Positions 31,255 through 32,000 of a DNA stretch of 32,000 nucleotides are shown one piece after another (within the stretch, counting starts at the first letter, position 1; each line of letters begins with the position of its first letter). The DNA comes from Candidatus Saccharimonadota bacterium (GTDB taxonomy: Bacteria > Pseudomonadota > Gammaproteobacteria > Enterobacterales > Enterobacteriaceae): positions 660,001 to 692,000 of the forward strand of contig NC_014909.2 of assembly GCF_000185985.2 (NCBI RefSeq). Direction: 5' to 3'. The notes below the pieces were generated by a model. That model worked only from the letters and a program-made list of their open reading frames with translations. It was not told the DNA's origin and made no database searches. The position numbers and the translations under genes were made by a program.

Positions 31255-32000
31255 ATGATTATAGTTACTGGAGGAGCTGGATTTGTTGGTAGAAATATTA
31301 TAAAAAAGTTGAATGAGGTAGAGAAAAAAGAAATATTAGTAGTCGATAATCTTAGTAATGGTAAAAAATATAGAAATTTAATGAATTTAGATATTTCAGA
31401 TTATTTAGATAAAGATTATTTTATAAATAAATTATTAGATAACCCTAGTTATTTTAAAAATATAGAAGTAGTATTCCATGAAGGTGCTTGTTCTAATACA
31501 AGGGAATGGAATGGTAAATATTTGATGAAAAATAATTATGAATATTCTAAATTACTTTTATTTTACTGTATAAAATATGAGATTCCTTTTATATATGCCT
31601 CTTCTGCTTCAGTGTATGGATCAAATATGTGCAATGTTTATTGTCGTAATAATAAAATTATTAATTCAATTGAGAATCCGGTTACTATGTATGGTTACTC
31701 TAAATTTTTATTTGATCGGTATGTACATAATATATTGCCTAAGGTAAAGTCTCAAGTATGTGGTTTACGATATTTTAATATATACGGTCCTCATGAATTT
31801 CATAAAGGCCGAATGGCAAGTGTTATTTTAAATATATATAAAAAAGTTAAAAATAAAGAAAGTCCTATTTTATTTGTTGGAAGTAAAAATTTTAAAAGAG
31901 ATTTTGTATACATAGATGATATAGTGAATGTGAATTTATGGATTTGGTATAATAAAATATCTGGTATTTTTGATTGTGGTACGGGTCACGCTAGGTCTTT
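31255..32000 (+). CDS. hldD: ADP-L-glycero-D-manno-heptose 6-epimerase (3' end beyond the window)
   Basis: Not in the ORF track because no stop occurs before the window end. My translation from ATG 31255 gives MIIVTGGAGFVGRNIIKKLNE...VVFHEGACS...YASSASVYG...MYGYSKFLFD...RYFNIYGP...FKRDFVYIDD. This is colinear with E. coli HldD/RfaD (MIIVTGGAGFIGSNIV..., YGYSKFLFD, FRYFNVYGP). Confidence 0.92.
   Translation, partial: MIIVTGGAGFVGRNIIKKLNEVEKKEILVVDNLSNGKKYRNLMNLDISDYLDKDYFINKLLDNPSYFKNIEVVFHEGACSNTREWNGKYLMKNNYEYSKLLLFYCIKYEIPFIYASSASVYGSNMCNVYCRNNKIINSIENPVTMYGYSKFLFDRYVHNILPKVKSQVCGLRYFNIYGPHEFHKGRMASVILNIYKKVKNKESPILFVGSKNFKRDFVYIDDIVNVNLWIWYNKISGIFDCGTGHARS

Overview
The window is very AT-rich and collapses the E. 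coli K-12 84-90 min region into conserved housekeeping and biosynthetic genes separated by ORF-free spacers. That pattern fits a reduced-genome Enterobacterales insect endosymbiont (Blochmannia-like); this organism guess is inference only. I support 26 CDSs and 7 tRNA genes.

CDSs in window order: yigL, corA, yigB, dapF, hemC, hemD, rho, trxA, ilvC, ilvA, ilvD, ilvE, ilvM, ilvG, murI, metF, metB, rpmE, fpr, tpiA, pfkA, cysE, gpsA, grxC, yibN, and a 3'-truncated hldD/rfaD that the ORF track misses.

tRNAs: the argX-hisR-leuT-proM operon, plus Ala(UGC), Asp and Trp. I saw no mobile element, CRISPR array, phage gene, toxin system or unexplained multi-gene cassette, so there is no novel protein-coding system here.

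The signals worth a second look are architectural:
1. Near 30.61 kb, between yibN and hldD, strand composition switches abruptly from C>G, A>T to G>C, T>A. Gene orientation diverges at the same point. This is origin-type polarity, sitting on nested inverted repeats, a (TA)5 tract and a polypurine tract. No DnaA-box cluster or canonical origin neighbours are present.
2. Orphan rRNA-operon tRNAs (Ala-UGC, Asp, Trp) lie between murI and ilvG with no rRNA gene. This matches the join-point expected from recombination between an rrnB-like and an rrnC-like operon, followed by loss of the rRNA genes.
3. Regulators and neighbours have been removed relative to E. coli synteny: ilvY, ilvL, metJ, metL, xerC, uvrD, secB and cyaA.
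4. Smaller oddities include a C-terminally truncated CysE ending in a (CTAA)3 six-frame stop, a CNPC thioredoxin active site, tRNA genes without encoded CCA, long in-frame homopolymers, and a few G/C-containing palindromes in divergent spacers.

All homology statements rest on my recall of E. coli protein sequences and gene order, not on a database search.
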